A stretch of 64,000 nucleotides of DNA from contig REEL01000093.1 of NCBI GenBank assembly GCA_007695095.1, positions 121 to 64,120 of the forward strand, given 5' to 3'. Every line of letters begins with the position of its first letter. The first letter of the stretch is position 1. The notes beneath the pieces were generated by a model. That model ran no database searches, was not told where the DNA came from, and saw only the letters and a list, made by a program, of their open reading frames with translations. This document shows positions 9,615 to 18,587 of the stretch, piece by piece. A program made the translations under genes and the position numbers. Origin of the DNA: Chitinophagaceae bacterium. GTDB lineage: Bacteria > Bacteroidota > Bacteroidia > Chitinophagales > REEL01.

Positions 9615-10847
9615 TTACATATTTGTTTTCACATCCATTGCATCTCTAAAACCATTTCCTATCAAGTTAAAAGATAAAACCAATAACATAATTGCTATTC
9701 CCGGTATAATTGCTAAAAACGGATTTGTACTTAAAATATATCCATAGTTTTCATTCAACATACTGCCCCAGGAAGGCATTGGAGGCTGAACCCCAATCCC
9801 CAGAAAGCTTAAGCCTGCTTCTATAATAATTGCAGAAGCAAAATTTGCAGCGGAAATTACTATTATAGGCCCTACAACATTTGGCAGTAAGTGAATGAAT
9901 ATAATTCGTGCATGTGAAAATCCTAACCCTTTTGCAGCTTCAATAAATTGCATTTCCCTAAGGCTTAGGATTTGTCCTCTAATAATTCTGGCAACCTCAA
10001 CCCACATTGTCAGACCAACAGCTACAAATATCTGCCAGAAACCTCTGCCCAGAGCCAGCGTAATTGCTATTACCAATAAAATGGTTGGGATAGACCAAAC
10101 AACATTTATAAACCAGATTACAAAATCATCGAAACGACCTCTGAAATAGCCGGCAGAAGCCCCTAAAACAATACCAATTATCAAAGAAATTAAAACAGCC
10201 ACCAGTCCTACAGAAAGGGATATTCGAACCCCTATAATCAAGCGACTTAAATTATCCCTGCCAAAACGATCCGTGCCCAAAATAAAAGTGGTCGTTTTAA
10301 TAAGTTTCCGTTCGGTAATTTGGCTTAAATCAGTGATGCTTTCTTCTCTGGCAACTCCATCATAATCATTGAAAAAAATAGTATTCCCATCAATTCTAAC
10401 ATCCGGATTTTCTGTAGAAAGAGCAAAGTGAGCATCTGCCAAATTTATCTCTCCGGCTAAGCCCGGGAGTTCTTTTCCCCGAAATTCATTATATTTAATA
10501 ACACCATCTTCTAAAGTGAAATCTATTATAGGAATCAGTTCATAAGGGTTTTCCTGACCGCTTATCATTTTACCGATAAAGTTTCTTTTTACTACTTCCC
10601 GGTTTTTTCTTCGGTGAAGCAACTGTATGGAGAAACCGGGTTCTTTATTTGTTATCTGAAGAATCTGATCATTGGCATTTCTGGTAGAGTCAGGTGTGAT
10701 TAAATAGCCCAAAATAGCAATCAAAACGGCAATAATAATTACAGCTAAGCCAATTACAGCAGCCGTGTTTTTTTTAAACCTTTTCCAAGCTCGTTGGGAA
10801 GGGCTTCTGTATTTATTTTTATTATTTTTTTCCACCTGCTGACTCAT
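9615..10847 (-). CDS. ABC transporter permease, DppC/OppC family, with an enlarged first external loop
   Basis: 'LGTDRFGRDNLSRLIIG' and 'EAAKGLGFSHARIIFIHLLPN' (EAA loop). About 150 aa lie between TM1 and the GTD motif. Confidence 0.85.
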   Translation of the reverse strand: MSQQVEKNNKNKYRSPSQRAWKRFKKNTAAVIGLAVIIIAVLIAILGYLITPDSTRNANDQILQITNKEPGFSIQLLHRRKNREVVKRNFIGKMISGQENPYELIPIIDFTLEDGVIKYNEFRGKELPGLAGEINLADAHFALSTENPDVRIDGNTIFFNDYDGVAREESITDLSQITERKLIKTTTFILGTDRFGRDNLSRLIIGVRISLSVGLVAVLISLIIGIVLGASAGYFRGRFDDFVIWFINVVWSIPTILLVIAITLALGRGFWQIFVAVGLTMWVEVARIIRGQILSLREMQFIEAAKGLGFSHARIIFIHLLPNVVGPIIVISAANFASAIIIEAGLSFLGIGVQPPMPSWGSMLNENYGYILSTNPFLAIIPGIAIMLLVLSFNLIGNGFRDAMDVKTNM

Positions 10848-10912
10848 TCCTGAATTAAGTTGAAATTAGGCCGAAAAATACGAAAGTTCTAAAAACAATA
10901 CTACTATAATGG

Positions 10913-12040
10913 TTAAAAATCATACTTCCTTTCTTTCCATTCAAAGTTACCGGATATGCTAAAAACACCTGCAATCAATACATAGACTATGTGTAATATC
11001 TGAATAAAAGGATATAAAAGTATATTTAAATTTTCTTTAAAATGTTTTGCAACAGCAGAAATAAATAAATAGTCGGCTATGCTTTTTAGTAAAAACATGA
11101 CTAAAAACACCTGCAAAAAGATGGGATTGAAAATTGAAAAAACGAGACTTGCCAAAATCATCAGATGAAAAAAATAGACTAAAGTTAAGGTAATGAAAAT
11201 TCGTTTTTCACCCAAAAGTTTTGATTTCGCAATCCATCTTTTTCTTTGGTTAAAAAAGCTTTTAAAATTTTCTGCACAAAAAGTGAAAACAATAGTTTTG
11301 TAATCAAATGAATACGCTACTTTTTCATCTTTTTCCAAAGCCTTTAATAATAAAAAAATATCATCGCCCCCGGGAAAATCTTTATTGCTTTCAAAGGGCT
11401 TTGCTTTTTCAAAAAAGGATTTTTTAAATACCATATTGGCTCCATTTGCCATTTCTGACTTTCCGGAACCGAGAGAAGATGCTGCAATACCTGTCATGGC
11501 TATCTGATCGAAGTATTGAAAGTGCTCAAAAAAATTATTTTTCTCAATTTTATAAAGTACCGGCCCTGTCAAAAGTGTAGTTTCAGATTGTTGATTTTTT
11601 TTTGAAAGACCTTTTAGCCAGTATTCTCCTCTTATTGTGTCTGCATCTGTGATAACAATATGTTCTCCTTTTGCGGCCTGAACTCCTTTTTCAATAGCTG
11701 TTTTTTTCCCCTGTTCATTTTCTGTAAGTGAAATTACTTTTACTTTGTCAAATAAAGAGGCTAATTTAACAGTGTTATCAGTAGAGTTGTCGTCTATTAC
11801 AAGAATTTCAAATTGGCCGGCAGCATAGTTTTGATTTAAAATTGATTTCAAACATTCCGAAATTCTCTTATCTTCATTTCTTGCCGGTACTATGATTGAA
11901 AAAAAAATCTCAGGTGCTGATTCCTGCTGATCAAAAAAAGTGAGCAATCCTTTTTTCCAAAATATCTGATATCTGTAGATATACAAACAATAGAGCAATG
12001 CTGATGCCATGAAAATGATAATGAAAAGATTCGTAAGCAT
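10913..12040 (-). CDS. Membrane-embedded family 2 glycosyltransferase (synthase-like, D,D,D,QxxRW)
   Basis: 'IIVPARNE', 'VIDDNSTD', 'ITDADT' and 'FNQRKRW', with an N-terminal TM and 3-4 C-terminal TM helices. Confidence 0.8.
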   Translation of the reverse strand: MLTNLFIIIFMASALLYCLYIYRYQIFWKKGLLTFFDQQESAPEIFFSIIVPARNEDKRISECLKSILNQNYAAGQFEILVIDDNSTDNTVKLASLFDKVKVISLTENEQGKKTAIEKGVQAAKGEHIVITDADTIRGEYWLKGLSKKNQQSETTLLTGPVLYKIEKNNFFEHFQYFDQIAMTGIAASSLGSGKSEMANGANMVFKKSFFEKAKPFESNKDFPGGDDIFLLLKALEKDEKVAYSFDYKTIVFTFCAENFKSFFNQRKRWIAKSKLLGEKRIFITLTLVYFFHLMILASLVFSIFNPIFLQVFLVMFLLKSIADYLFISAVAKHFKENLNILLYPFIQILHIVYVLIAGVFSISGNFEWKERKYDF

Positions 12041-12156
12041 TCAAAATCTAATAAATCGTAAATTGGAATATGCAGTTCATTGCAAAAATAAAAAGGACCG
12101 GCAGAATAGAACTACTTTATCAAAATTTAAAAGGAGAATTCCACGGATAAATGCCT

Positions 12157-14748
12157 TTAGCGGATTAAAAGGACATTACCGCTTACAGTTTCATTAATTT
12201 TTAATATCCTGCCGTCTTCAAACCTTCCGTCTATAAACCATACATAAGAACCAATAGGGGCTTTTTGTCCCTTATACATTCCATCCCATCCGACATTTGG
12301 CTCTGAAGTTTCAAAAACCAACTCACCCCATCGATTGAATATCTTTAAGTTAAAAATTCGGATTGATTCGATTTTGCCAAGTACACTAAAGGTGTTATTC
12401 AATCCGTCGGGAGCAAATGCATTAGGTAAAAATAAATCTCCGCAAGGGGTCCATTTTACATGAGATTCAGCAACTTTAGTACAATTGTTTTGATCTTCCA
12501 TAGTAACACTAATTTGCCCGCTATAAACTTCATTTATCTCCGGATTTTCTAAATTGTTGTCAGTGAAAATTTCTGAGGGAGACCAGCTAAAACTCACTGC
12601 ATCAGAAGAGAAGCTCTCGATTGTATAGGTTTCTTTGCAGTAAACTGTTAAGGTGTCTTCTAAATTATACCATATTTCTGCAGCAAAATCAATAAAAGTA
12701 CTTCCGGAAACCATACAAGTGTTTTCGTCTAAAGCAGAAACTTCATAAGTACCGTAAGTATCCACTTCGATAGTTTCAGCAGTTATTTCATTATTCCATA
12801 TTATTTCCTGATAATTGCTGCCAATAGAAAGTACGGTGGTTTCTCCGCTACAAAGCATGTTTCCATTTTCAGATAAAATGTCAATGTCTGTTGTAGGCAG
12901 TACATCCACTTCTAAATTAAATGTACTGGGGCAACCGGAATTGTTAACTGCGGTGATTGTATATTCTCCAACATCAGACTGGTTAACGACTAAACTATCT
13001 GTTAAGCTAACTACCTGATTATTCTGATTAGTCCATTCTTGATTCTGCCAGACACCTTGCAGCAAAACGATTAAACTATCTTCCGGACAAAATGAAAAAT
13101 CCGGGTTCCCTTGTAATACAGTAAGAATAATTTCTGTAGTGTCAGAAACTTGAACATTTACACTTGTAGATGTGGATTGGCAGCCATTAGCATCGATAGC
13201 TTCTGTATAATAATTTCCGGCTTGGTTAACGCTTACTTCATTGTTATTAACAGAAATTGGGGCACCATTTATAAACCATTGGTAATTACTAAATCCGGGA
13301 TCTGCGATAATAGTTGCTGATTCATTTTGACAAATATTAAAGCTATCGCTACTTAAAATAGCAAGTTCCATTGGAGAGTTTACGACTACATTAAATAAAG
13401 CTGACGTATCGGTACAAGATGAGCTTGGATTAATTAAAACAGAATAAGAGCCTTCTTCAGAAATATTGATAAAATTATCAGTTGTGGTAGTTATCAGATT
13501 ATCGTTAAAAAACCACCGGTACTCAGAAAAACCTGCATCGGTATTTAAAGTAAGGCTATCACCTAAGCAAATCATTCCCGGGCTGGTGTTGTTTATTTCA
13601 GCAGAAAGTAGATTTTCAAAATTTAACACTACAGTATCAGTAGTTTGTATACATCCTGCATTATCAATCTGAGCGAAAAAACTGCCTTCTTCGGTTAATG
13701 AAATTGTATTTGAAGTTTCACCGCTAATCAAAGTGCCATCTTTAAACCATTGATGTGGTTCGTTTGAATTTGTTGATAATTGAATAGTGTCACCTATGCA
13801 GACAGTATTTCCCGGGTTTATATTTAATGAAAGGGGAGGGCCGGAAGTTGGGGTTATCAATATGGAGTCTGTTAAGATTTGGCAAGCATTTACCGCTTGG
13901 AAATAAATATAAAACGGACTATTGTCATTTGCTGATGAGATGTAAGTGGTTGTGTAATCACCGGAATCTGTGAATGTTCCATCACCTCCATACCAAAGAA
14001 CTTCGGTTGCATTAAAGCTGTAGCCTTCCAAAAAAATATTTTCACCCGGACAAATAGTAGTATCATTCGATAAAATTTCTACTTCTACCGGTGTTACAGG
14101 TACAACACAACCTTCGTTATAATAGATAACATCACCTGTAATGAAGTTATATCTCACACCTGCGCCATCTCTTAAGGCTGCTGTGCCACCAATACCACCA
14201 TTTTGATTAGTTAAAAGGGCTCTGTCGTAAGTTTTAACATCTGTGCAACCGTTTGGCCCTGAAAAAGTGATAGTAGTCGTTCGCAATCCGGTACCCCAGT
14301 TAGCGAAGTGTCCGGCCAGATTTCCGCCACATTGAAAAATAACAATCATAGTATCGTTCAAAGCGCTGTAATCATGGTAACTGATTTCCGGTTCAGTACT
14401 GGTAAAAAAAAGTACCTGAGAACCTGCAGGCAGCACACCATTAACCGGTTCTTTTAGAAAACCACAGCCTGTAATTGTATTGTTAATTTGATTGACAACT
14501 GAAGCTGTTTGAGCATCCTGGCAAATACCGTTATAAGAATTATTCGGCCAGCTAGCTGTTAAATCAGCCGTATTTAAATCGTTAGGACCGATTCGCAATC
14601 GGAGCATTTCATTTTCACCCTCATTTGATGGAGTAAGGCAGGCATCAACAAGTATATCTTCAATTACAAAGCAAGAAGTTGGTGTTTGTGCACTTAAAAG
14701 ACTTGATTTTATTAGTATTATAAATAGCAGAGATAATGTAATTTTCAT
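12157..14748 (-). CDS. Large repeat-rich cell-surface protein with T9SS type B (gliding-motility-associated) C-terminal domain
   Basis: Signal peptide 'MKITLSLLFIILIKSSLLSAQ', at least 6 tandem ~70-aa Cys-pair repeats, and the C-terminus 'LPNAFAPDGLNNTFSV...FNRWGELVFE...WDGMYKGQKAPIGSYVW' typical of type B sorting domains. Confidence 0.8.
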   Translation of the reverse strand: MKITLSLLFIILIKSSLLSAQTPTSCFVIEDILVDACLTPSNEGENEMLRLRIGPNDLNTADLTASWPNNSYNGICQDAQTASVVNQINNTITGCGFLKEPVNGVLPAGSQVLFFTSTEPEISYHDYSALNDTMIVIFQCGGNLAGHFANWGTGLRTTTITFSGPNGCTDVKTYDRALLTNQNGGIGGTAALRDGAGVRYNFITGDVIYYNEGCVVPVTPVEVEILSNDTTICPGENIFLEGYSFNATEVLWYGGDGTFTDSGDYTTTYISSANDNSPFYIYFQAVNACQILTDSILITPTSGPPLSLNINPGNTVCIGDTIQLSTNSNEPHQWFKDGTLISGETSNTISLTEEGSFFAQIDNAGCIQTTDTVVLNFENLLSAEINNTSPGMICLGDSLTLNTDAGFSEYRWFFNDNLITTTTDNFINISEEGSYSVLINPSSSCTDTSALFNVVVNSPMELAILSSDSFNICQNESATIIADPGFSNYQWFINGAPISVNNNEVSVNQAGNYYTEAIDANGCQSTSTSVNVQVSDTTEIILTVLQGNPDFSFCPEDSLIVLLQGVWQNQEWTNQNNQVVSLTDSLVVNQSDVGEYTITAVNNSGCPSTFNLEVDVLPTTDIDILSENGNMLCSGETTVLSIGSNYQEIIWNNEITAETIEVDTYGTYEVSALDENTCMVSGSTFIDFAAEIWYNLEDTLTVYCKETYTIESFSSDAVSFSWSPSEIFTDNNLENPEINEVYSGQISVTMEDQNNCTKVAESHVKWTPCGDLFLPNAFAPDGLNNTFSVLGKIESIRIFNLKIFNRWGELVFETSEPNVGWDGMYKGQKAPIGSYVWFIDGRFEDGRILKINETVSGNVLLIR

Positions 14749-14851
14749 CAGCAGGTAAATTTTCTACAAAATAATGTAGATTTCTGCTTAAAGAAGCAGC
14801 TTTTAGGTTAAATATAGATTAGGTTAAGTTTAACTAACTGAGAATTATTGA

Positions 14852-15148
14852 TTAAAATTTTTTAATAGTAAGGGTATCAATGATATCTTCACCCAATTCC
14901 TTATTAAGATTTTCAACAATCTTTTTCTTGCTGTATTCTAATTCGTTTTTTAGAGGTGAAGTCTCAATATAAAGAAAAAGCTCTCTGTCTTTCAAATAAA
15001 CTTTTCCGGTATATTTTGCTACTGTTTTCCCGACAACCTTTTCATAGGCGTGTGCAATTCTTGCCTGAGCAGAATGCGGGTTTTTCGAGTAAGAATTCAT
15101 AAGCATTTTTAATGTATCTTTCAGTTGGTATTGGTTGCCTTCACTCAT
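14852..15148 (-). CDS. DUF721 (DciA-like) small protein
   Basis: 98 aa. 'AYEKVVGKTVAKYTGKVYLKDRELFLYIETSPLKNEL' matches the Bacteroidota DUF721 pattern. Overlaps the recF 3' end by 8 nt. Confidence 0.75.
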   Translation of the reverse strand: MSEGNQYQLKDTLKMLMNSYSKNPHSAQARIAHAYEKVVGKTVAKYTGKVYLKDRELFLYIETSPLKNELEYSKKKIVENLNKELGEDIIDTLTIKKF

Positions 15149-16238
15149 TTTTTATTTTTTCAAGATTAAAAATTTTCACTTCAGTATCAATCTTTGCAAA
15201 GTTATTGATTATTCGGTCTTCATTGGTATCTGTAATAAAAACTTGTCCAATTTTATTTTCTGCAAGTGTATGTAAAAAGAACATACTTCTATGTTCATCT
15301 AATTTATCAAATAAATCATCTAATAAAAGAATCGGAGAACATTTTTTTTGTTCTTTCAGGAAAAAATATTGAGCTAACTTAATAGAAAGCAAGTAAGATT
15401 TTTGCTGTCCTTGCGACCCGTATCTTTTTGCCGGTAAACCATCTAATGTAAAAATGAGGTCATCCTTATGAATACCCTTTGATGTTCTTTGCAAAATTCT
15501 GTCCTGTTGCAAACTTTCCTTCAGCAGATTTTTAAAGCTGTCATTTTGTAAATCGGAATTGTATTCAATTTCTGCAATTTCTTTTCCGTTTGAAATCTGC
15601 TTGTAAAAGCGGGTCAGATTTTTTTTCAGTTCCGGAATCCATTTTTTTCTTTCTTCAAAAATAAAATTACCGGTTTTTATCAATTCCTGGTCATAGAAAG
15701 CAATCAAGTCTCTGTCAAAATATTTTTTTTCATTAAACTTTTTCAGGCTGGCATTGCGTTGAAAAAGCGTTTTGGTATATGCTGAAAGGGCTTTTAAATA
15801 GTTTTTATCAATCTGGGAAAGAGTTACATCTATGAATTTTCTTCGATCTTCGCTTCCGCCGAGGATAAGTTCCTGATCACCCGGAGAAACAATTACTACC
15901 GGAATTTTACCTATATGCTCCGCTAATTTGGTGTAAGCTATCCCATCTTCTTCAAATAATTTTTTCTTACCGCTTTGATATTTACAGCTTATAGAGCGTT
16001 CTTTTTTTTGAAGTAAAAAATCACCTTTAACACTGTAAAATGTACCTTCATGCGGAATGTTTTGAGATTCGGAAGAGGCAAGGAAACTCTTTGTCAGACA
16101 TAGTAAGTATATGCTGTCTAAGAGATTTGTTTTTCCAATTCCATTCGGACCGGTAAAGCAATTTATAGAGGGTGTAAACTCAAATTTTAATTGAGAATGA
16201 TTTTTAAATTCAGTAAGGTGGAGAAATCGTATGAACAT
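15141..16238 (-). CDS. recF: DNA replication/repair protein RecF
   Basis: 'FTGPNGIGKTNLLDSIY' (Walker A), 'GSQGQQKS' signature and 'LLLDD' Walker B. The ORF-track start at 16250 is TTG; the ATG at 16238 (MFIRFLHLTEFKNH) fits RecF N-termini better. Confidence 0.9.
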   Translation of the reverse strand: MFIRFLHLTEFKNHSQLKFEFTPSINCFTGPNGIGKTNLLDSIYLLCLTKSFLASSESQNIPHEGTFYSVKGDFLLQKKERSISCKYQSGKKKLFEEDGIAYTKLAEHIGKIPVVIVSPGDQELILGGSEDRRKFIDVTLSQIDKNYLKALSAYTKTLFQRNASLKKFNEKKYFDRDLIAFYDQELIKTGNFIFEERKKWIPELKKNLTRFYKQISNGKEIAEIEYNSDLQNDSFKNLLKESLQQDRILQRTSKGIHKDDLIFTLDGLPAKRYGSQGQQKSYLLSIKLAQYFFLKEQKKCSPILLLDDLFDKLDEHRSMFFLHTLAENKIGQVFITDTNEDRIINNFAKIDTEVKIFNLEKIKNE

Positions 16239-16265
16239 AGTAGCCACCAAATACTTTAATTTTTA

Positions 16266-16273
16266 TATTTTTG
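16266..16273 (+). promoter_or_regulatory. TAnnTTTG -7 box upstream of pdhA
   Basis: TATTTTTG lies 17 nt before the ATG at 16290. Confidence 0.4.
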
Positions 16274-16289
16274 TCCAAAATTTGAATAC

Positions 16290-17291
16290 ATGTCAGCAAA
16301 AGCAAAAATAACAAAAGAAACCTACTTGGAATGGTACGAAATGATGTATCTGCTTAGAAAGTTTGAAGAGAGAGCCGGAATGCTATACGGACAGCAAAAA
16401 ATAAGAGGTTTTTGTCATTTGTATATTGGGCAGGAAGCAGTAGCTGCCGGAACAATATCAGCAACCCGTAAAGAAGATCCTATAATTACAGCTTACAGAG
16501 ACCATGGATTAGCTATTGCAAAAGGAATTGAACCTAAGGCTGCAATGGCCGAATTATATGGTAAGGAGACCGGTTGTACCAAAGGAAAAGGTGGGAGTAT
16601 GCACTTTTTCTCCAAAGAACATTACTTTTTTGGAGGACATGGTATAGTTGGAGCTCAAATTCCTTTAGGTGCAGGTATTGGCTTTGCTGAAAAATATAAA
16701 GGAACAGATAATGTTTGTGTCTGCTTTTTTGGAGACGGAGCTGCCAGACAGGGGAGTCTTCATGAATCATTTAATTTAGCGATGATGTGGAAGCTGCCGG
16801 TTGTTTTTGTTTGTGAAAATAATGGCTATGCAATGGGTACGTCTGTGAAAAGAAGCAGCAATGTTGATGATATTTCTAAGTTGGGTCTTGCATACGATAT
16901 GCCTACGGAAGTTGTTGACGGAATGGACCCGGTTGCAGTTCATGAAGCCATGAGCAAAGCAGTAGCAAGAGGCAGAAAAAAAGACGGAGGCCCTACTTTC
17001 CTTGAAATCAGAACGTATAGATACAAAGGTCACTCCATGTCTGATCCGGCAAAATACCGAACAAAAGATGAAGTGGAAGAATATAAAAGTAAAGACCCTA
17101 TAGAAGTGTTGAAAAAATTACTTTTAGATAAAAAATATGCAACTCAAAAGAAAATTGACAGTATACATGATAAAGTAAAAGAAATTGTTGATGAATCTGT
17201 TAAATTTGCGGAAGAGTCTGAATTTCCGGGCGAGGAAACCTTATACACTGATGTATATACTCAAGAAGATTATCCGTATATTAAACATTAA
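16290..17291 (+). CDS. pdhA: Pyruvate dehydrogenase (acetyl-transferring) E1 component, alpha subunit
   Basis: 'RGFCHLYIGQEA', 'FFGDGAARQGSLHESFNLA', 'ENNGYAMGT' and 'YRYKGHSMSDP' are TPP-dependent E1-alpha motifs. Confidence 0.9.
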   Translation: MSAKAKITKETYLEWYEMMYLLRKFEERAGMLYGQQKIRGFCHLYIGQEAVAAGTISATRKEDPIITAYRDHGLAIAKGIEPKAAMAELYGKETGCTKGKGGSMHFFSKEHYFFGGHGIVGAQIPLGAGIGFAEKYKGTDNVCVCFFGDGAARQGSLHESFNLAMMWKLPVVFVCENNGYAMGTSVKRSSNVDDISKLGLAYDMPTEVVDGMDPVAVHEAMSKAVARGRKKDGGPTFLEIRTYRYKGHSMSDPAKYRTKDEVEEYKSKDPIEVLKKLLLDKKYATQKKIDSIHDKVKEIVDESVKFAEESEFPGEETLYTDVYTQEDYPYIKH

Positions 17292-17372
17292 AAAGAAATA
17301 TAAGTATATTCGCAGCATTGATTAAGAGCAAATTATTATTTTAAAAAATCAAAGACACATTAAATTTCACCA

Positions 17373-18044
17373 ATGGAAAGAAATAATCAGGAAGAGGTAG
17401 TAAGAAAGGATAATTACCAACGTTTAGAAGAATTTGTAAACAATAACAGTAAAGTGTTAACCGCAATTGCTGTAATCATTCTATTAGCTATTGGTGGTTT
17501 AGTGGGCTATAAGAATTTTTATGTAAACCCTATGGAAAGGGAGGCCCAATCACAAATAATTGGAGTACAGAGATATTTTGATCAGGAAAATTGGGAGTTA
17601 GTCTTAAATGGAGATGGAAATAATTTAGGCTCTTTAGATATTATTGAAGCTTACGGACCTACAAAAACAGCTAACCTGGCTAAATATTACAGTGGTATCG
17701 CTTATTTACATTTAGGTTACTATGAAGAGGCAATAGTAATGCTTGATAATTTTAGTTCTAATGATAAGGTGATTTCTACCATGGCTTTGGGGGCTATAGG
17801 GGATGCATATATGGAACTCGGCAATACAGACAGGGGAATCAGATATTATAAAAGAGCTGCCGGAAATAATCCGAACCCATTCACTACTCCTTTGTTTCTC
17901 TTGAAAAGTGGTATGGCACTGGAAACTACCGGAAATTATGCCGATGCTCATAAGAAATACAAAAAAATTAAAGAGGATTACCCTTTATCTGATGAAGCCA
18001 GAAATATAGAAAAGCATTTGGCCAGAGTTGAAGCACGAAAATAA
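17373..18044 (+). CDS. Membrane-anchored tetratricopeptide-repeat protein (YfgM-like)
   Basis: Single TM 'VLTAIAVIILLAIGGLVGY' followed by TPR-like repeats ('YYSGIAYLHLGYYEEAI', 'GDAYMELGNTDRGIRYYKRA'). Confidence 0.7.
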   Translation: MERNNQEEVVRKDNYQRLEEFVNNNSKVLTAIAVIILLAIGGLVGYKNFYVNPMEREAQSQIIGVQRYFDQENWELVLNGDGNNLGSLDIIEAYGPTKTANLAKYYSGIAYLHLGYYEEAIVMLDNFSSNDKVISTMALGAIGDAYMELGNTDRGIRYYKRAAGNNPNPFTTPLFLLKSGMALETTGNYADAHKKYKKIKEDYPLSDEARNIEKHLARVEARK

Positions 18045-18077
18045 GTCACCGGATATTTAAAATAACAGCCTAAAATT

Positions 18078-18581
18078 ATGTCAAGTTCTCTGAACAGCCC
18101 TTCTCTTTTTGATGAGTCAAAAATTCCATCAGCACAGAATATGCGCTTTGGTGTAGTGGTCTCAGAATGGAATCAGGTAATTACGGACACTTTAAGAGAC
18201 GGTTGTATAGAAACACTGAAAAAATTTGGTGCTAAAGATGATGCAATCCTTGAAATACTTGTACCCGGAAGTTTTGAACTTGTGCCCGGAGCACAGATGT
18301 TAGCCGAGTTAAAATCTACAGATGCTATAATATGTCTGGGTTGTGTGGTTAAAGGTGAAACCAAGCATGATGACTACATAAATAATGCAGTGGCAAATGG
18401 ATTGACACAGTTGTCTATTAAGTATAAAATACCTTTTATTTTTGGTCTTGTTACTACTCAAAATGAGCAACAGGCCTTTGACCGTTCAGGAGGAAAATCC
18501 GGGCATAAAGGGATTGAATCTGCCTTAACTGCCATTAAGATGGTTCACCTGAAAGGGGATTTTCTAAGCAGAAAAAATTAA
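18078..18581 (+). CDS. ribH: 6,7-dimethyl-8-ribityllumazine synthase
   Basis: 'RFGVVVSEWNQVITD', 'VPGSFELV', 'CLGCVVKGETKHDDYI' and 'PFIFGLVTT'. Confidence 0.9.
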   Translation: MSSSLNSPSLFDESKIPSAQNMRFGVVVSEWNQVITDTLRDGCIETLKKFGAKDDAILEILVPGSFELVPGAQMLAELKSTDAIICLGCVVKGETKHDDYINNAVANGLTQLSIKYKIPFIFGLVTTQNEQQAFDRSGGKSGHKGIESALTAIKMVHLKGDFLSRKN

Positions 18582-18587
18582 AATATT

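Noticed and set aside
12009-12197. 62-aa ORF bridging the GT2 gene and the type B surface-protein gene
   Set aside because: It overlaps the ends of both flanking minus-strand genes, is Lys/Arg-rich with no motif, and is most likely spurious.
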